The notes beneath the pieces are model-generated. The model saw nothing but the letters and a program-made list of their open reading frames with translations, made no database searches and was not told where the DNA came from. The position numbers were made by a program, and so were the translations under genes. From an uncultured Clostridia bacterium (GTDB taxonomy: Bacteria > Bacillota > Clostridia > Oscillospirales > JAAYOS01), in NCBI GenBank assembly GCA_947631015.1, contig CANRJS010000001.1, positions 95,561 to 159,560 on the forward strand: 64,000 nt of DNA. Direction: 5' to 3'. Of this stretch, positions 24,398 to 34,526 are shown one piece after another. The number at the start of each line of letters is the position of its first letter. Position 1 is the first letter of the stretch.

Positions 24398-25201
24398 GTG
24401 ATAACGATGCGTCAAACGATTTTAGACCGGCTTGCGGCTCACGCGAGGGATCGTGTGGCGGCAAAGAAGGCAGAGCTTCCCCTGGACAAGTTGCGGGCGC
24501 TTGCGGAAAACAGCGCGGGAGGCAGCGGCACAGCCTTTTCCGACGCCCTGAAAAAGCCGGGACTGTCCTTTATATGCGAGGTCAAGCGCGCGTCCCCGTC
24601 CAAGGGACTGATAGCGCCGTCCTTTCCCTATCTCGACATCTCCCGGGAGTACGAGTCAGCCGGGGCGGACGCGCTGTCCTGCCTGACGGAACCGAAGTGG
24701 TTTTTGGGCTCCGACGAGATATTCGGGGAGATTCGCGCGGAGATAAATATACCCATGCTCCGCAAGGATTTTACCGTAGACGAGTACCAGATATACGAAG
24801 CAAAGGCGATGGGCGCGGACGCCGTGCTGCTCATATGCGCCCTGCTCGACACCGAAACGGTATCAAAATACCTCGAACTCTGCTCGTCTCTCGGGCTTTC
24901 CGCGCTTGTAGAGGCGCACGACGAGGCGGAGGTGCGATCCGCCGTCAGCGCCGGGGCAGAAATAATCGGAGTAAACAACCGCAACCTGAAGGACTTTTCG
25001 GTGGACTTTTCCAACGCCGCCCGGCTGCGGGAACTGATCCCTCCCGAGTGCGTGTACGTGGCGGAGAGCGGCGTCTCCCGCCCGGAGGACGCCGAAGTAT
25101 TGCGGAAAATCGGCGCGGACGCCGTACTTGTAGGCGAGATGCTGATGCGCTCCGAGGACAGGGTCGGTCTCCTCCGCAAAATGCGGGAGGCGGCTATATG
25201 A
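24398..25201 (+). CDS. trpC: indole-3-glycerol-phosphate synthase
   Basis: CEVKRASPSKG and LRKDF motifs. Confidence 0.92.
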   Translation: MITMRQTILDRLAAHARDRVAAKKAELPLDKLRALAENSAGGSGTAFSDALKKPGLSFICEVKRASPSKGLIAPSFPYLDISREYESAGADALSCLTEPKWFLGSDEIFGEIRAEINIPMLRKDFTVDEYQIYEAKAMGADAVLLICALLDTETVSKYLELCSSLGLSALVEAHDEAEVRSAVSAGAEIIGVNNRNLKDFSVDFSNAARLRELIPPECVYVAESGVSRPEDAEVLRKIGADAVLVGEMLMRSEDRVGLLRKMREAAI

Positions 25202-25818
25202 CGAAGATTAAGATATGCGGCCTGTTCCGCCCGGAGGACATCGAATTTGTCAACTTCGCCCTCCCCGACTGGTGCGGCTTTATCATCAACTTTCCCAAGA
25301 GCCACCGAAGCATTACCCCGGAGCAGGTTCGCGCGCTGCGCGCGGGACTGTCGAACGGAATTACTCCCGTAGGCGTGTTTGTGGACCGTCCCGCGGAGGA
25401 GGTGGCGGCGCTTCTGAACGACGGGACCGTCTCGGCAGCTCAGCTTCACGGCAGCGAGGATGACGGGTATATCGCGCGTCTCCGCTCACTTGTGGCGCGC
25501 ACTCCCGCGCCTTGCGATGTTCAAATCTGGAAGGCGTTCAAGGTTCGCTCGCCCGCAGACCTTACTGCGGCGGAAGCCTCTGCCGCCGACCTTGTCCTGC
25601 TCGACAACGGATACGGCACGGGCGAGACGTTTGACTGGTCCGTCGCGCGCGGCATAAAGCGCCCTTTCATCCTCGCCGGCGGACTGACCCCGGAGAACAT
25701 CCCCCGCGCCGTCGAGGCGCTCCATCCCTACGGGCTAGACCTCTCCAGCGGAGTAGAGGTCGAAAAAAAGAAGGACTTCGGCAGGATCGTGGCGGCGGTC
25801 GCCGCCGCCCGCCGGTGA
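25198..25818 (+). CDS. trpF: phosphoribosylanthranilate isomerase
   Basis: MTKIKICGL start, an ATGA overlap with trpC, and QLHG and LDNG motifs. Confidence 0.9.
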   Translation: MTKIKICGLFRPEDIEFVNFALPDWCGFIINFPKSHRSITPEQVRALRAGLSNGITPVGVFVDRPAEEVAALLNDGTVSAAQLHGSEDDGYIARLRSLVARTPAPCDVQIWKAFKVRSPADLTAAEASAADLVLLDNGYGTGETFDWSVARGIKRPFILAGGLTPENIPRAVEALHPYGLDLSSGVEVEKKKDFGRIVAAVAAARR

Positions 25819-25903
25819 AAGGCGGCGCTTTTGTCCGGCCGCGCGTCGGATGGCGGGTAAGCTCCGCCGATAATCGTTTTAATCTCGATAAGGAGAGTTT
25901 GCA

Positions 25904-27088
25904 ATGAGCAAGGGAAGATTCGGAATACACGGAGGACAGTACATCCCCGAGACACTGATGAACGCCGTAAGCGAGGTCGAGGCGGCGTATATGAAATACA
26001 GGGACGACCCGGAGTTTCTGCGGGAGCTCGACGAGCTGTACCGCAACTACGCCGGCCGTCCGAGCCTCCTCTACTACGCGGAGAGGATGACGCGCGACCT
26101 CGGCGGCGCGAAGATATATCTCAAGCGCGAGGATCTCAACCACACCGGCGCGCACAAGATAAACAACGTCCTCGGTCAGATGCTCCTCGCAAAGCGCATG
26201 GGCAAGACGCGAGTGATTGCCGAAACCGGCGCAGGTCAGCACGGAGTCGCTACCGCGACGGTCGCCGCGATGATGGGCATGGAGTGCGAGGTGTTCATGG
26301 GCCGCGAGGACTGCGAGCGGCAGGCGCTGAACGTCTACCGCATGAAGCTCCTCGGCGCGAAGGTACACCCCGTCGACACCGGCACGAAGACCCTCAAGGA
26401 CGCTGTGAGCGAGACCTTCCGCGAGTGGACCCGCCGCATAGACGATACGCACTACGTTCTCGGCTCGGTGATGGGCCCGCACCCCTTCCCCACCATGGTG
26501 CGCGACTTTCAGGCGGTGATAAGCCGCGAGATAAAGCAGCAGCTTGCGGAGCGCGAGGGACGTCTGCCGGACGCCGTGATAGCCTGCGTCGGCGGCGGCT
26601 CAAACGCGATAGGCGCGTTCTACCACTTCATAGCGGACAAAAGCGTCCGCCTCATCGGATGTGAGGCGGCGGGGCGCGGCATAGACACCTTCGAGACCGC
26701 CGCGACGATAAGCACCGGGCGGCTCGGAATATTCCACGGCATGAAGAGCTACTTCTGCCAGGACGAGTACGGCCAGATAGCGCCGGTCTACTCCATCTCC
26801 GCAGGTCTCGACTATCCCGGCATCGGCCCGGAGCACGCGGCGCTTCACGACAGCGGCAGGGCCGAGTACGTCCCCGTCACCGACGAGGAAGCGGTCACGG
26901 CGTTCGAGTACCTCTCCCGCACCGAGGGGATAATCCCCGCGATAGAGAGTGCGCACGCGGTCTCATACGCATGTAAGCTGGCGCCCACAATGCCGCGCGA
27001 CAGTATCATCGTCGTCAACATCTCCGGGCGGGGCGACAAGGACGTCGCCGCGATAGCAAGATACAGAGGTGAGTCGCTTTATGAGTAA
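25904..27088 (+). CDS. trpB: tryptophan synthase beta chain
   Basis: [12 protein letters not shown]-lysine motif and GGGSNA. Confidence 0.95.
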   Translation: MSKGRFGIHGGQYIPETLMNAVSEVEAAYMKYRDDPEFLRELDELYRNYAGRPSLLYYAERMTRDLGGAKIYLKREDLNHTGAHKINNVLGQMLLAKRMGKTRVIAETGAGQHGVATATVAAMMGMECEVFMGREDCERQALNVYRMKLLGAKVHPVDTGTKTLKDAVSETFREWTRRIDDTHYVLGSVMGPHPFPTMVRDFQAVISREIKQQLAEREGRLPDAVIACVGGGSNAIGAFYHFIADKSVRLIGCEAAGRGIDTFETAATISTGRLGIFHGMKSYFCQDEYGQIAPVYSISAGLDYPGIGPEHAALHDSGRAEYVPVTDEEAVTAFEYLSRTEGIIPAIESAHAVSYACKLAPTMPRDSIIVVNISGRGDKDVAAIARYRGESLYE

Positions 27089-27857
27089 CATTTCACGCGC
27101 GTTCGACCACGGGAAGGCGTTTATACCGTTCATAACCTGCGGCGACCCGTCGCTCGACGTTACGGCGGAGACGGTGCGCGCCATGGAGCGCGCGGGTGCC
27201 GACCTCATAGAGCTCGGCATCCCTTTCTCCGACCCGACGGCGGAGGGTGCAACCATTATGAACGCCAACCTCCACGCGCTCGCCGCCGGAACGACGACCG
27301 ACAGGGTGTTTGACATGGTGCGTGAGCTCCGTAAAACGGTGAAAGTCCCGATGGTTTTCATGACCTACGCGAACGTGCTCTTTTCCTACGGCTCGGAGCA
27401 GTTCATCGCAAAGAGCGCGGAGATAGGCATGGACGGGTTCATTATCCCGGACGTGCCGTTTGAGGAGCGGGACGAGTTCCTTCCGCTCTGCCGCAAGTAC
27501 GGCCTCGACCTCATCTCGATGATAGCGCCGACCTCCGATGCGCGCGCCGAGACGATAGCGCGCGAGGCGCAGGGATTTCTCTACTGCGTATCCTCGCTCG
27601 GCGTGACCGGCGCGCGAAGCACGGTAAGCACCGATATCGCCGCCTCGATAGCGAGGGTGAAGAAGGTCAGCGCCGTCCCCTGCGCGATAGGCTTCGGCAT
27701 ATCCAACGCGGAACAGGCGGCGGAGATGGCGCGGTACGCGGACGGCGTCATAATCGGCTCCGCGATAGTTTCGCTCTGCGAGAAGTACGGTGAGGATGCA
27801 CCGAAGTACATCGAAGAATTTGTGCGCGGCATCAAAACCGCGATATCAAAGGTATAG
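27081..27857 (+). CDS. trpA: tryptophan synthase alpha chain
   Basis: [10 protein letters not shown] and ELGIPFSDP motifs. ATG 27081 overlaps the end of trpB, and SD AGAGGTGAG precedes it. Confidence 0.92.
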   Translation: MSNISRAFDHGKAFIPFITCGDPSLDVTAETVRAMERAGADLIELGIPFSDPTAEGATIMNANLHALAAGTTTDRVFDMVRELRKTVKVPMVFMTYANVLFSYGSEQFIAKSAEIGMDGFIIPDVPFEERDEFLPLCRKYGLDLISMIAPTSDARAETIAREAQGFLYCVSSLGVTGARSTVSTDIAASIARVKKVSAVPCAIGFGISNAEQAAEMARYADGVIIGSAIVSLCEKYGEDAPKYIEEFVRGIKTAISKV

Positions 27858-27877
27858 AGCAGAGCTCTACCTAATAT

Positions 27878-28147
27878 GTGGGCGAAGCCCGCCACCCTGC
27901 AGGGCAACCCGCACCCGTATAGTGGGGAAGCCCCGCAGGAATCTGCGGGGCGAGACCCCGCGTCCCTGAGTGAGGCAGAGCCTCACGGGTACTTTGCGGG
28001 GATTACATCCCCGCCGCCCCATCAGCGGGCGGAGCCCACACCCATCTAGCGGGGAAACCCCGCAGGAATCTGCGGGGGCGACCCCGCGTCCCTAAGTGAG
28101 GCTGAGCCTCACCGGCACCTTGCGGGGGTTGCGCCCCCGCGCCCCGC
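27878..28147. repeat. two tandem roughly 122-bp GC-hairpin repeat units
   Basis: 27899-28020 and 28025-28146 are about 85% identical. Each holds the hairpins CCCCGCAG-GAAT-CTGCGGGG, GTGAGGC-NGA-GCCTCAC and GCGGGG-N7-CCCCGC. Confidence 0.75.
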
Positions 28148-28646
28148 GTTACTTTTTGCTTGTGCAAAAAGTAACCAAAAAGCACACAAAGGGGAGAAAA
28201 CTTTGTTTTCTCCCCTTTGTACCCCTCTTTCCTTTGACCGGAAGGTCTTTACCACGCGGGGCATCTGTCCGTAGCTTAGTACGAGAGTTCACGCTTATGC
28301 TTTCGCCCAAAACTGAAAGTTTCGTTTTCTCAAGGAAGTGTCTGCATTACGCTTATAGTGTGAGCGTAGGACCGGACTTTTGTATCTACTACGCAGGAAC
28401 TGTTCAATGTTGTCGGATACAGTGGGAAAGTCGGATATTCTTTCCCCAGAAACTCACCCGGTTGGATGATAGATTTGTTGGATACAGAGTGTGCCCTGTT
28501 ATGCGGGTTACGGTTGTATGTCGTATTCAGGAGAGGGATTATTAAGGGAGAGGGCTTCGCCCTCTCCCTTAAGCGCGCTTTTTGGTTACTTTTTGCGCGA
28601 GCAAAAAGTAACGCAGGGGTGCGGGGCGGCACAGCCCCGCATGCCT
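28121..28646. mobile_element. MITE-like non-coding module with roughly 60-nt terminal inverted repeats
   Basis: The ends share CTTTTTGGTTACTTTTTGC-N4-GCAAAAAGTAACGC-GGGG.GCGGGG in inverted orientation (28121-28181 and 28577-28646). Inward-facing terminator-like hairpins lie at 28186-28220 and 28543-28573. The 320-bp core is AT-richer and has no ORF. Confidence 0.45.
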
Positions 28647-28704
28647 TCGGAACCTCTTGGTTCCGCATAATCCCGCGAAGTTTTACTCCGCAAATAAAAA
28701 GCCT

Positions 28705-29889
28705 TTATTTCCAAAGAATATTCTTTGCAAACTCGGTAAACATCTGCGGCCAGCAGTACCAGTCGTGCCCGCCGGGGACGAAGTATGTGACGTGCGGCAC
28801 GCCCTTCTTCTCCAGCTCGTCTATCGTCGGCGGAACGCCGATCTCGCGGAAGTTCCACGCGATGTCCTCCTCCGCGCAGCCTATCATGAGCATCCTCTGC
28901 ATGAGGTTCGGGTCGTCGAGCGAGAAGTGCTCGCCGCCCGCTATGCCGCCGCTGAACGCGCCGTAGTAGTGGAACGCCGTGTTGTGGTGCATGTACATAT
29001 ACAGCGTCGTCATGCTGCCCATCGAGAGACCGCAGAACGCGTTCTTCATCGGGTCGCAGGACACCGGGAACAGCTTGCGGACAAACGGGATGACGCATTC
29101 GTAGAGGTTCTTTGCTATCTTCTCGAAGTCCCACCCGTAGACCGAGTTGTTCATCGTGACGAGTATGGCTTCCTCGGTCTTGCCCTCGGCGATGAGGGTG
29201 TCCATGTTCCAATGGATGCCGCCCTGATGGAACCAGTCGGCCTCGTTTCCGCCGCCGCCGTGCGAGACGAACACGGCGGGATAGGTCTTTGTGCGGTCGT
29301 AACCCGCCGGGAGGTGCACACCGAGCGACTGCGGCCTGCCGTCCACGTCGGTGTAGGAGACGTAGGTGACGGCGCCGCGCTTCTCCTCCGGCACGCCCGG
29401 GAGCCACGGCAGGTCGGCGCAGGTTCCGACGACGCGGACGCTTTCCGCCTGCGCTCCGGTGACGGTCGGTATCAGCGGAGGATTTGCCGGGTCGGGCAGG
29501 TACACGGTGTCCTTCGAGAGAACGTGCATCTTCCCGTCATGCCCCACCGCCGGGAACCTGCCGCTGCGGAAGTCCGGCTCGCCCTCCTCGAGCTCCGCGT
29601 TTATGGCGAAGCGGTAGTTGTAAAGTCCGGGCGGGAGCATGAATTCGACGGTATAGACGCCGTCGCAAAGCTCCATCTCCTCGTAACAGCCCATTCCGAT
29701 GCGCTCCATGCCCTCTTTGTACATGTGGGGCGGGAAGAACTCCTTGTTGTCGCCCATGCCGGTCTCGCAGGTGTTGCCGGTGAGGTTGCTGTTGTAGAAC
29801 AGGAAGGTCCCGACTATCCCGACGTGTTTTATCTCGCCCTGAAAGCTCTCCGGCGAGAATGTGAACCTGACCTTTTCAAGCCTTGGCAT
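28705..29889 (-). CDS. esterase (putative-esterase/CE1-like) with an N-terminal Ig/CBM48-like domain
   Basis: 394 aa with GLSMGS nucleophile motif and a beta-rich N-terminal domain of about 100 aa. Confidence 0.8.
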   Translation of the reverse strand: MPRLEKVRFTFSPESFQGEIKHVGIVGTFLFYNSNLTGNTCETGMGDNKEFFPPHMYKEGMERIGMGCYEEMELCDGVYTVEFMLPPGLYNYRFAINAELEEGEPDFRSGRFPAVGHDGKMHVLSKDTVYLPDPANPPLIPTVTGAQAESVRVVGTCADLPWLPGVPEEKRGAVTYVSYTDVDGRPQSLGVHLPAGYDRTKTYPAVFVSHGGGGNEADWFHQGGIHWNMDTLIAEGKTEEAILVTMNNSVYGWDFEKIAKNLYECVIPFVRKLFPVSCDPMKNAFCGLSMGSMTTLYMYMHHNTAFHYYGAFSGGIAGGEHFSLDDPNLMQRMLMIGCAEEDIAWNFREIGVPPTIDELEKKGVPHVTYFVPGGHDWYCWPQMFTEFAKNILWK

Positions 29890-30034
29890 AAGCCCACTCC
29901 CCTTTCAAAATCGTCGTCCGGCCGAGGCGGAAGCGCTTCGGCCCGCTTCATCCTTTTAGAAAAGTTTACCACAATTTATTCGGAGTGTCAACGTATCCGG
30001 CGCGAGACCGCGCGGCGCTCCGCGTGAGCGCCGC

Positions 30035-30613
30035 CTACTCGTCGAACGGCGCGGGTCCCGGCACCTCGGATATAAACGCTACAAGTCCGCCCGTGTCCTC
30101 GCAGAATGCCTTCAGATCGCCCATCTGCTCGCCGTCAAGCGGGGTGTCAAGCCCGTCGAGAGCCTCCGGCGGCTGTATGTCCACGTCTATGCCCAGCTCC
30201 TCCGCGGTGCTTGTCGAGAAAAACACGTCCTCCCAGCCCTCGCTCCTCACCACTATCGCTATCACCTTGAGCTCCGGCAGATATTTGTACAGGTAGAAGT
30301 GGAAGCCGCTCATGTCCTCCGCGTCTACGCACAGCCCGGGCGACGGACGGCCGTCTATCTGCTCCTGAAGAAGGTAGTTCATAAGCACGGAATCGGTCAC
30401 CACCGTCAGGCGGCGGTCGTATATCTCCGCCACGCTCAGACCCGGCTCGGAGCTTTGTTCCTCCGACGGGTCGGCTTCCCCCGGCGCGGTCTCCCCCGCC
30501 GCAGAGCTTACCTCCGCCGGCGTGACTTCCGACGTCCCGGACGTTCCTTCCGCGCATCCCGCCGCCTGGATCGCAAGCGCGAATATCAGAACAAACACAA
30601 CGAGCTTCTTCAT
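30035..30613 (-). CDS. lipoprotein, function unknown
   Basis: Signal peptide with lipobox AAGC. SD GGAGGAA precedes it. It is the last gene of the sigma/ABC operon. Confidence 0.7.
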   Translation of the reverse strand: MKKLVVFVLIFALAIQAAGCAEGTSGTSEVTPAEVSSAAGETAPGEADPSEEQSSEPGLSVAEIYDRRLTVVTDSVLMNYLLQEQIDGRPSPGLCVDAEDMSGFHFYLYKYLPELKVIAIVVRSEGWEDVFFSTSTAEELGIDVDIQPPEALDGLDTPLDGEQMGDLKAFCEDTGGLVAFISEVPGPAPFDE

Positions 30614-30629
30614 ATTCCGTTCCTCCGTT

Positions 30630-31844
30630 TCATTCCCCGGACTGCAAAAGCTTCAGCGCGCTTCCCGCGCTCACGAACGCCGACGCCGCAATACATACCG
30701 CCGCAGACAGCAGAGCGCAGGCCGCAAAGTATTCGTAAGCTCCGGCGAGGTTTGCCGCCGTCTCCGTTCCAAAGCCGTGCGCCGCGAAAAGTCCGAATAC
30801 TCCGAGCGCCAGCCCCGCGAGCGTGAGGAGCATCTGCTCGCACACTAGCATAGCTATAACTCGCCTGCGCGTCGTACCGAGCGCACGCATCGTCGCCGCC
30901 TCCTTGGAGGACTGCAGGATAACAAGCCCCGGTATCGCCGCGCCTATCGCGACGACCGCCGCGCCGACGAACGGAAGCAGCAGCTCGAGCAGGTCGGTGT
31001 TCTCCTCGAGCGGCTTTATGACGTTCTGTACCTCGTCGTCAAAGACGCGGAGCGTCAGCGTCGAAATTCTCTGCGACGACGACGTTGCAAGCAGCTCGTT
31101 CGGGAGGTCGCGGTAAGCGCGTTCGTCGCGCAGGAGGTCGTTTCGCACGCGGAACTGCACCGCCGTCTGCACCGTGCCGTCTCCGTCGCCCACCCCGGGA
31201 TAGAATCTGTCATACAGCCGCTTTATCGTTCCCCACGGCATAAGGACGTCGTAGTCGCCGAGTCCCGTCCTAAAGGAGCCTACGACGGTAAACCTCGCCC
31301 CCTCCACGAAAGCGTCGCCGTATATATTCACATATATCCGGCGGAGAGACTCGTCCGCGCCGCTGAGGTTCACCTCATCCCCGAGCTTCAGTCCAAACCT
31401 GTCAAGCGCCGCCTCGCTTAGGAAGCACACGTTGTCACGCGACGCGGCAAAAACGTCCGCGTCGTACCCCTCGGCGTAGGTCAGTCCGGCGGCTCTGCCG
31501 AAAAGCTCCGGGTCGGTCGTGGCGTACAAGGAGGCGGCGCCGTCCTCAAGCGACGGCGTCACCCAGTAACACTGACCCGTCGACTCGCCGTAGAATCCGC
31601 TCGAGAAGTCCGCCGAGAGCAGGAGGTCTACCGCTCCGAACGGGATGTTGGTCACGACGACCCCGGAACGGTTCGCCGGCGAGGCGTACACCTCCGCCGT
31701 GTCGTACATCTCATCCACAAGCGCGCGGTTGGAGCGGACTATCGCAATAAACTGCCCGAGCGAGGCCGTGAGCGCCGCCGCAAGCAGGAGCGAAAGCAGA
31801 CTTCTCATCGGCGCGCGCGGGATATGCCGCAGAACATACTTCAT
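30630..31844 (-). CDS. FtsX-family ABC permease
   Basis: An N-terminal TM, a large extracytoplasmic loop and a C-terminal 3-TM FtsX domain. The start was trimmed to MKYVLRH. Confidence 0.8.
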   Translation of the reverse strand: MKYVLRHIPRAPMRSLLSLLLAAALTASLGQFIAIVRSNRALVDEMYDTAEVYASPANRSGVVVTNIPFGAVDLLLSADFSSGFYGESTGQCYWVTPSLEDGAASLYATTDPELFGRAAGLTYAEGYDADVFAASRDNVCFLSEAALDRFGLKLGDEVNLSGADESLRRIYVNIYGDAFVEGARFTVVGSFRTGLGDYDVLMPWGTIKRLYDRFYPGVGDGDGTVQTAVQFRVRNDLLRDERAYRDLPNELLATSSSQRISTLTLRVFDDEVQNVIKPLEENTDLLELLLPFVGAAVVAIGAAIPGLVILQSSKEAATMRALGTTRRRVIAMLVCEQMLLTLAGLALGVFGLFAAHGFGTETAANLAGAYEYFAACALLSAAVCIAASAFVSAGSALKLLQSGE

Positions 31845-31854
31845 CACCATAATT

Positions 31855-32520
31855 TCACCTCTCGCGCGTAAGCACACCGTCCTTCATGCGGTAGACGACG
31901 TCGGTCATGTCCGCCACCTCCGCGTCGTGGGTGACGACTATCACACAGTAGTCCTGCTCGTCCGCGAGCGAGGCGAGGATGTCTATGACCGTCTGCGTGT
32001 TCTCGACGTCGAGGTTGCCTGTAGGCTCGTCGGCGAGTATCACCTTCGCGCCGGAGGCGAGCGCCCTCGCTATCGCGACGCGCTGCTGCTGTCCGCCGGA
32101 GAGGTTTGCGGGGAAGCGCTGCATCTCCTCCTCGGTTATGCTGACGCTTGCGAGCAGTTCCCGCGCCCTCCGCTTTGCCTCCGCGCTCTTTACGCCGACA
32201 AGTTCGAGCGGATAGCACACGTTCTCGAGGGCGGTGAGCAGTGGGAACAGCCGGAACGCCTGAAATATCATCGAGATGTACTCGCGGCGGTAGAGGTCGA
32301 GGTCGAGCGCCGCGATATTCTCCCCGCCGAACAGGACCTCTCCCTCGTCCGGCAGGTCGAGCCCCGCGAGCAGCGCGAGAAGCGTGCTCTTGCCCGACCC
32401 GCTCGGGCCGACAACGGCGTACAGCGTTCCCGCCTCAAAACTGCAAGAGACCGAGTTCACGGCGGGCTTTGCCGCGCCCTTGTAGCTGTAAGTCACGTTT
32501 TTAAGCGAAATGACTGCCAT
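31855..32520 (-). CDS. ABC ATP-binding protein (MacB/LolD-like)
   Basis: GPSGSGKST, LSGGQQQRVAIARAL and ILADEPTGNLD motifs. The start is MAVISLKN, after SD GGAGGGGG. Confidence 0.9.
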   Translation of the reverse strand: MAVISLKNVTYSYKGAAKPAVNSVSCSFEAGTLYAVVGPSGSGKSTLLALLAGLDLPDEGEVLFGGENIAALDLDLYRREYISMIFQAFRLFPLLTALENVCYPLELVGVKSAEAKRRARELLASVSITEEEMQRFPANLSGGQQQRVAIARALASGAKVILADEPTGNLDVENTQTVIDILASLADEQDYCVIVVTHDAEVADMTDVVYRMKDGVLTRER

Positions 32521-32536
32521 TTTCTTTCCCCCTCCG

Positions 32537-34522
32537 TTATTTTTCGCCCTGAAGCAGTTCAAGCGGCGGCTTTCTGCCGACGCGGCGCAGTCCGAACGCC
32601 GCAGCGAGCATCAGCAGGACAAGCTCGCCCGCGCCGAACGCGCACACCGTCAGATATGAGAGCGACGCGCGGACGTCCTCGCCGGTCAACTCCGTGAGCC
32701 GCGCGGCGAGCTCCGCTCCGGCGTCCCGCGTTATGACCGTCGCCGCCGCGCATCCGACGCAGATTGCCGCCGCCGCAAGGACAAACAATCCTACGAAGAG
32801 CGACATATTCGCGCGGCGCACAGACGTCCCCATCGCGCGCATCACCGCATAGTCCTGCTTTCTGCGCGTGATAAAGAGATAGACCGTGACCGCGAGGGCG
32901 AGCATCAGCGCCCCGCTCATGGCGGCAAAGCCGACGAGCGCCGATGTCTTCATCATCTCAAGCGAATGGCGCGTCTCCGCGTAGCCCATGTCGTCTATCA
33001 CAAGCTCGTACCCGAGCTCCGCGAGTTCTTGCGAGAGCTCGCTCTCTATCTTTTCCACGTCCCCCGGGTGTTTCAGAGTAAAGTTGAAGGTCGAGGGCAT
33101 CAGCGGCTGCTCCACGCTGTCCGGCCAAGGGTAAGCGTCCTCGGGCAGGAACACCGTGTTTATCGGGTATGCGTAAGGGTCGCGCTCGCGGAGCGACGTG
33201 ATGCTGTCCGCCCACAGTCCGACTATCTCGAAGGTCTCCATCACCGGCTCGAGACCGAGGTCGCTGTATGCCTGTATTTCAAGAAAGGCGATGTCCGGCA
33301 TGTACCCGTCCACGACGGGCAGGCGGCGCGCGAACAGCTTTCCGCTGTGCATCATCGTGTCCGCGCTCACCGTGAACTCCACGCTGTCCCCCAGCGTGAA
33401 GCCGTTCTGCTGCGCCCACAGCGCATTCACGACGCAGACGTTCCCGCTGTCCGAGGGTCCGAGCGCCCTGCCTTCCGTGATGTACTCCTTGCCGTCCCGG
33501 AAGCGCATGAGGCTTTCCATGTCCCCGGTGTAGACGAGCTCCTGCGTGTGCGCGTTGAAGTTCAGCCGCTCCATGTAGGTCCCGACCGAGACGAGCTGTT
33601 TGTCCTTTATCTCCCGCACGGAGGGATAGCTGTTGTCGCCCTTGAACTCGACCAGCCCGTATTCCTCCGGGTCGGCGAGCGCCGCGCGCCAGTCGTCCGT
33701 GCCGTGCTCCTCCTCGAGGCGAGTAAGGTCTATGAGCGGATAGTCCACCTTCGTGCTAAGCTTTCTCTCGTCCGAAGCAGGACGCTGACCCACGCTCTCC
33801 GCCTCCACGACCAAAAAGTATCGGTGTCCCGGCACTATCTGGTCGACTATTGCGGAGTTATCCACGCTGTACTCGCCCCACTCGGACACCTCCGGGTCGG
33901 CAAACCACGTCTCCGACTCCTTCCAGCCGCGGGCAAAGGACTTTAAGACAAGCTCCCTTCCCTCACCGTTCCACTGCGGCATTCCCGCTATAAGCTCCTC
34001 GACCTTTATCTCGGCGTCGAGATGGCCCGGCGCCTCCCCGCCGTCGAGATGCTTCACCGCCCCGCGGCTCACATCCGTGCAGGACGCTATGAGCGCCGCC
34101 GCGCACCCGCGCAGATCGTCGCCCAGCAGCTCGCCGCTTCCGTTCGTGGCCGCCTCATAGAGCGGCTGTTCTACTACGTCGAAATACCCGTCCGACGTTC
34201 TGCCGCCCGCCGTGCGGCGCACCTCGCTCCGCTCAACATACTTCGAGCTTTGCACCAGGTCCACCGCCTCCTGCGCGAGCGGCATGAACTCCGGGAAAAA
34301 GTCCGGCGAATACAGCACGTAACCTTCGTAGTTTTCCTGCGTGGCGCGTATCGTTCCGCCGGCCTCGTAGTATCCCTCCGCCGAGCCGACGGCGCGGAGC
34401 GTCGTCACAAACTCGGCTCCCCTGCTCACAAAAGCCGCGCTAACCGCCGCGAGCAGCAGGAAGGTAACGACAGTCTTTATCGGCGAGCGAAGAAGCACTT
34501 TGAGTGAGAATTTCGCTTCCAT
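32537..34522 (-). CDS. large FtsX-family ABC permease
   Basis: 661 aa: an N-terminal TM, an extracytoplasmic domain of about 480 aa and a C-terminal FtsX 3-TM bundle. Confidence 0.8.
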   Translation of the reverse strand: MEAKFSLKVLLRSPIKTVVTFLLLAAVSAAFVSRGAEFVTTLRAVGSAEGYYEAGGTIRATQENYEGYVLYSPDFFPEFMPLAQEAVDLVQSSKYVERSEVRRTAGGRTSDGYFDVVEQPLYEAATNGSGELLGDDLRGCAAALIASCTDVSRGAVKHLDGGEAPGHLDAEIKVEELIAGMPQWNGEGRELVLKSFARGWKESETWFADPEVSEWGEYSVDNSAIVDQIVPGHRYFLVVEAESVGQRPASDERKLSTKVDYPLIDLTRLEEEHGTDDWRAALADPEEYGLVEFKGDNSYPSVREIKDKQLVSVGTYMERLNFNAHTQELVYTGDMESLMRFRDGKEYITEGRALGPSDSGNVCVVNALWAQQNGFTLGDSVEFTVSADTMMHSGKLFARRLPVVDGYMPDIAFLEIQAYSDLGLEPVMETFEIVGLWADSITSLRERDPYAYPINTVFLPEDAYPWPDSVEQPLMPSTFNFTLKHPGDVEKIESELSQELAELGYELVIDDMGYAETRHSLEMMKTSALVGFAAMSGALMLALAVTVYLFITRRKQDYAVMRAMGTSVRRANMSLFVGLFVLAAAAICVGCAAATVITRDAGAELAARLTELTGEDVRASLSYLTVCAFGAGELVLLMLAAAFGLRRVGRKPPLELLQGEK

Positions 34523-34526
34523 CCTT

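Noticed and set aside
23003-25818. Long 5' extensions of the trpD ORF (from 23003) and the trpF ORF (from 24286).
   Set aside because: The extensions overlap upstream trp genes in other frames. Conserved N-termini with SD sequences begin at 23363 and 25198.
28410-28470. GGGAAAGTCGGA and CAGAAACTCACCCGG, which resemble the two P4 strands of RNase P RNA.
   Set aside because: The two elements are only about 25 nt apart, against roughly 300 nt in a real RNase P RNA. None of the other conserved regions is present.
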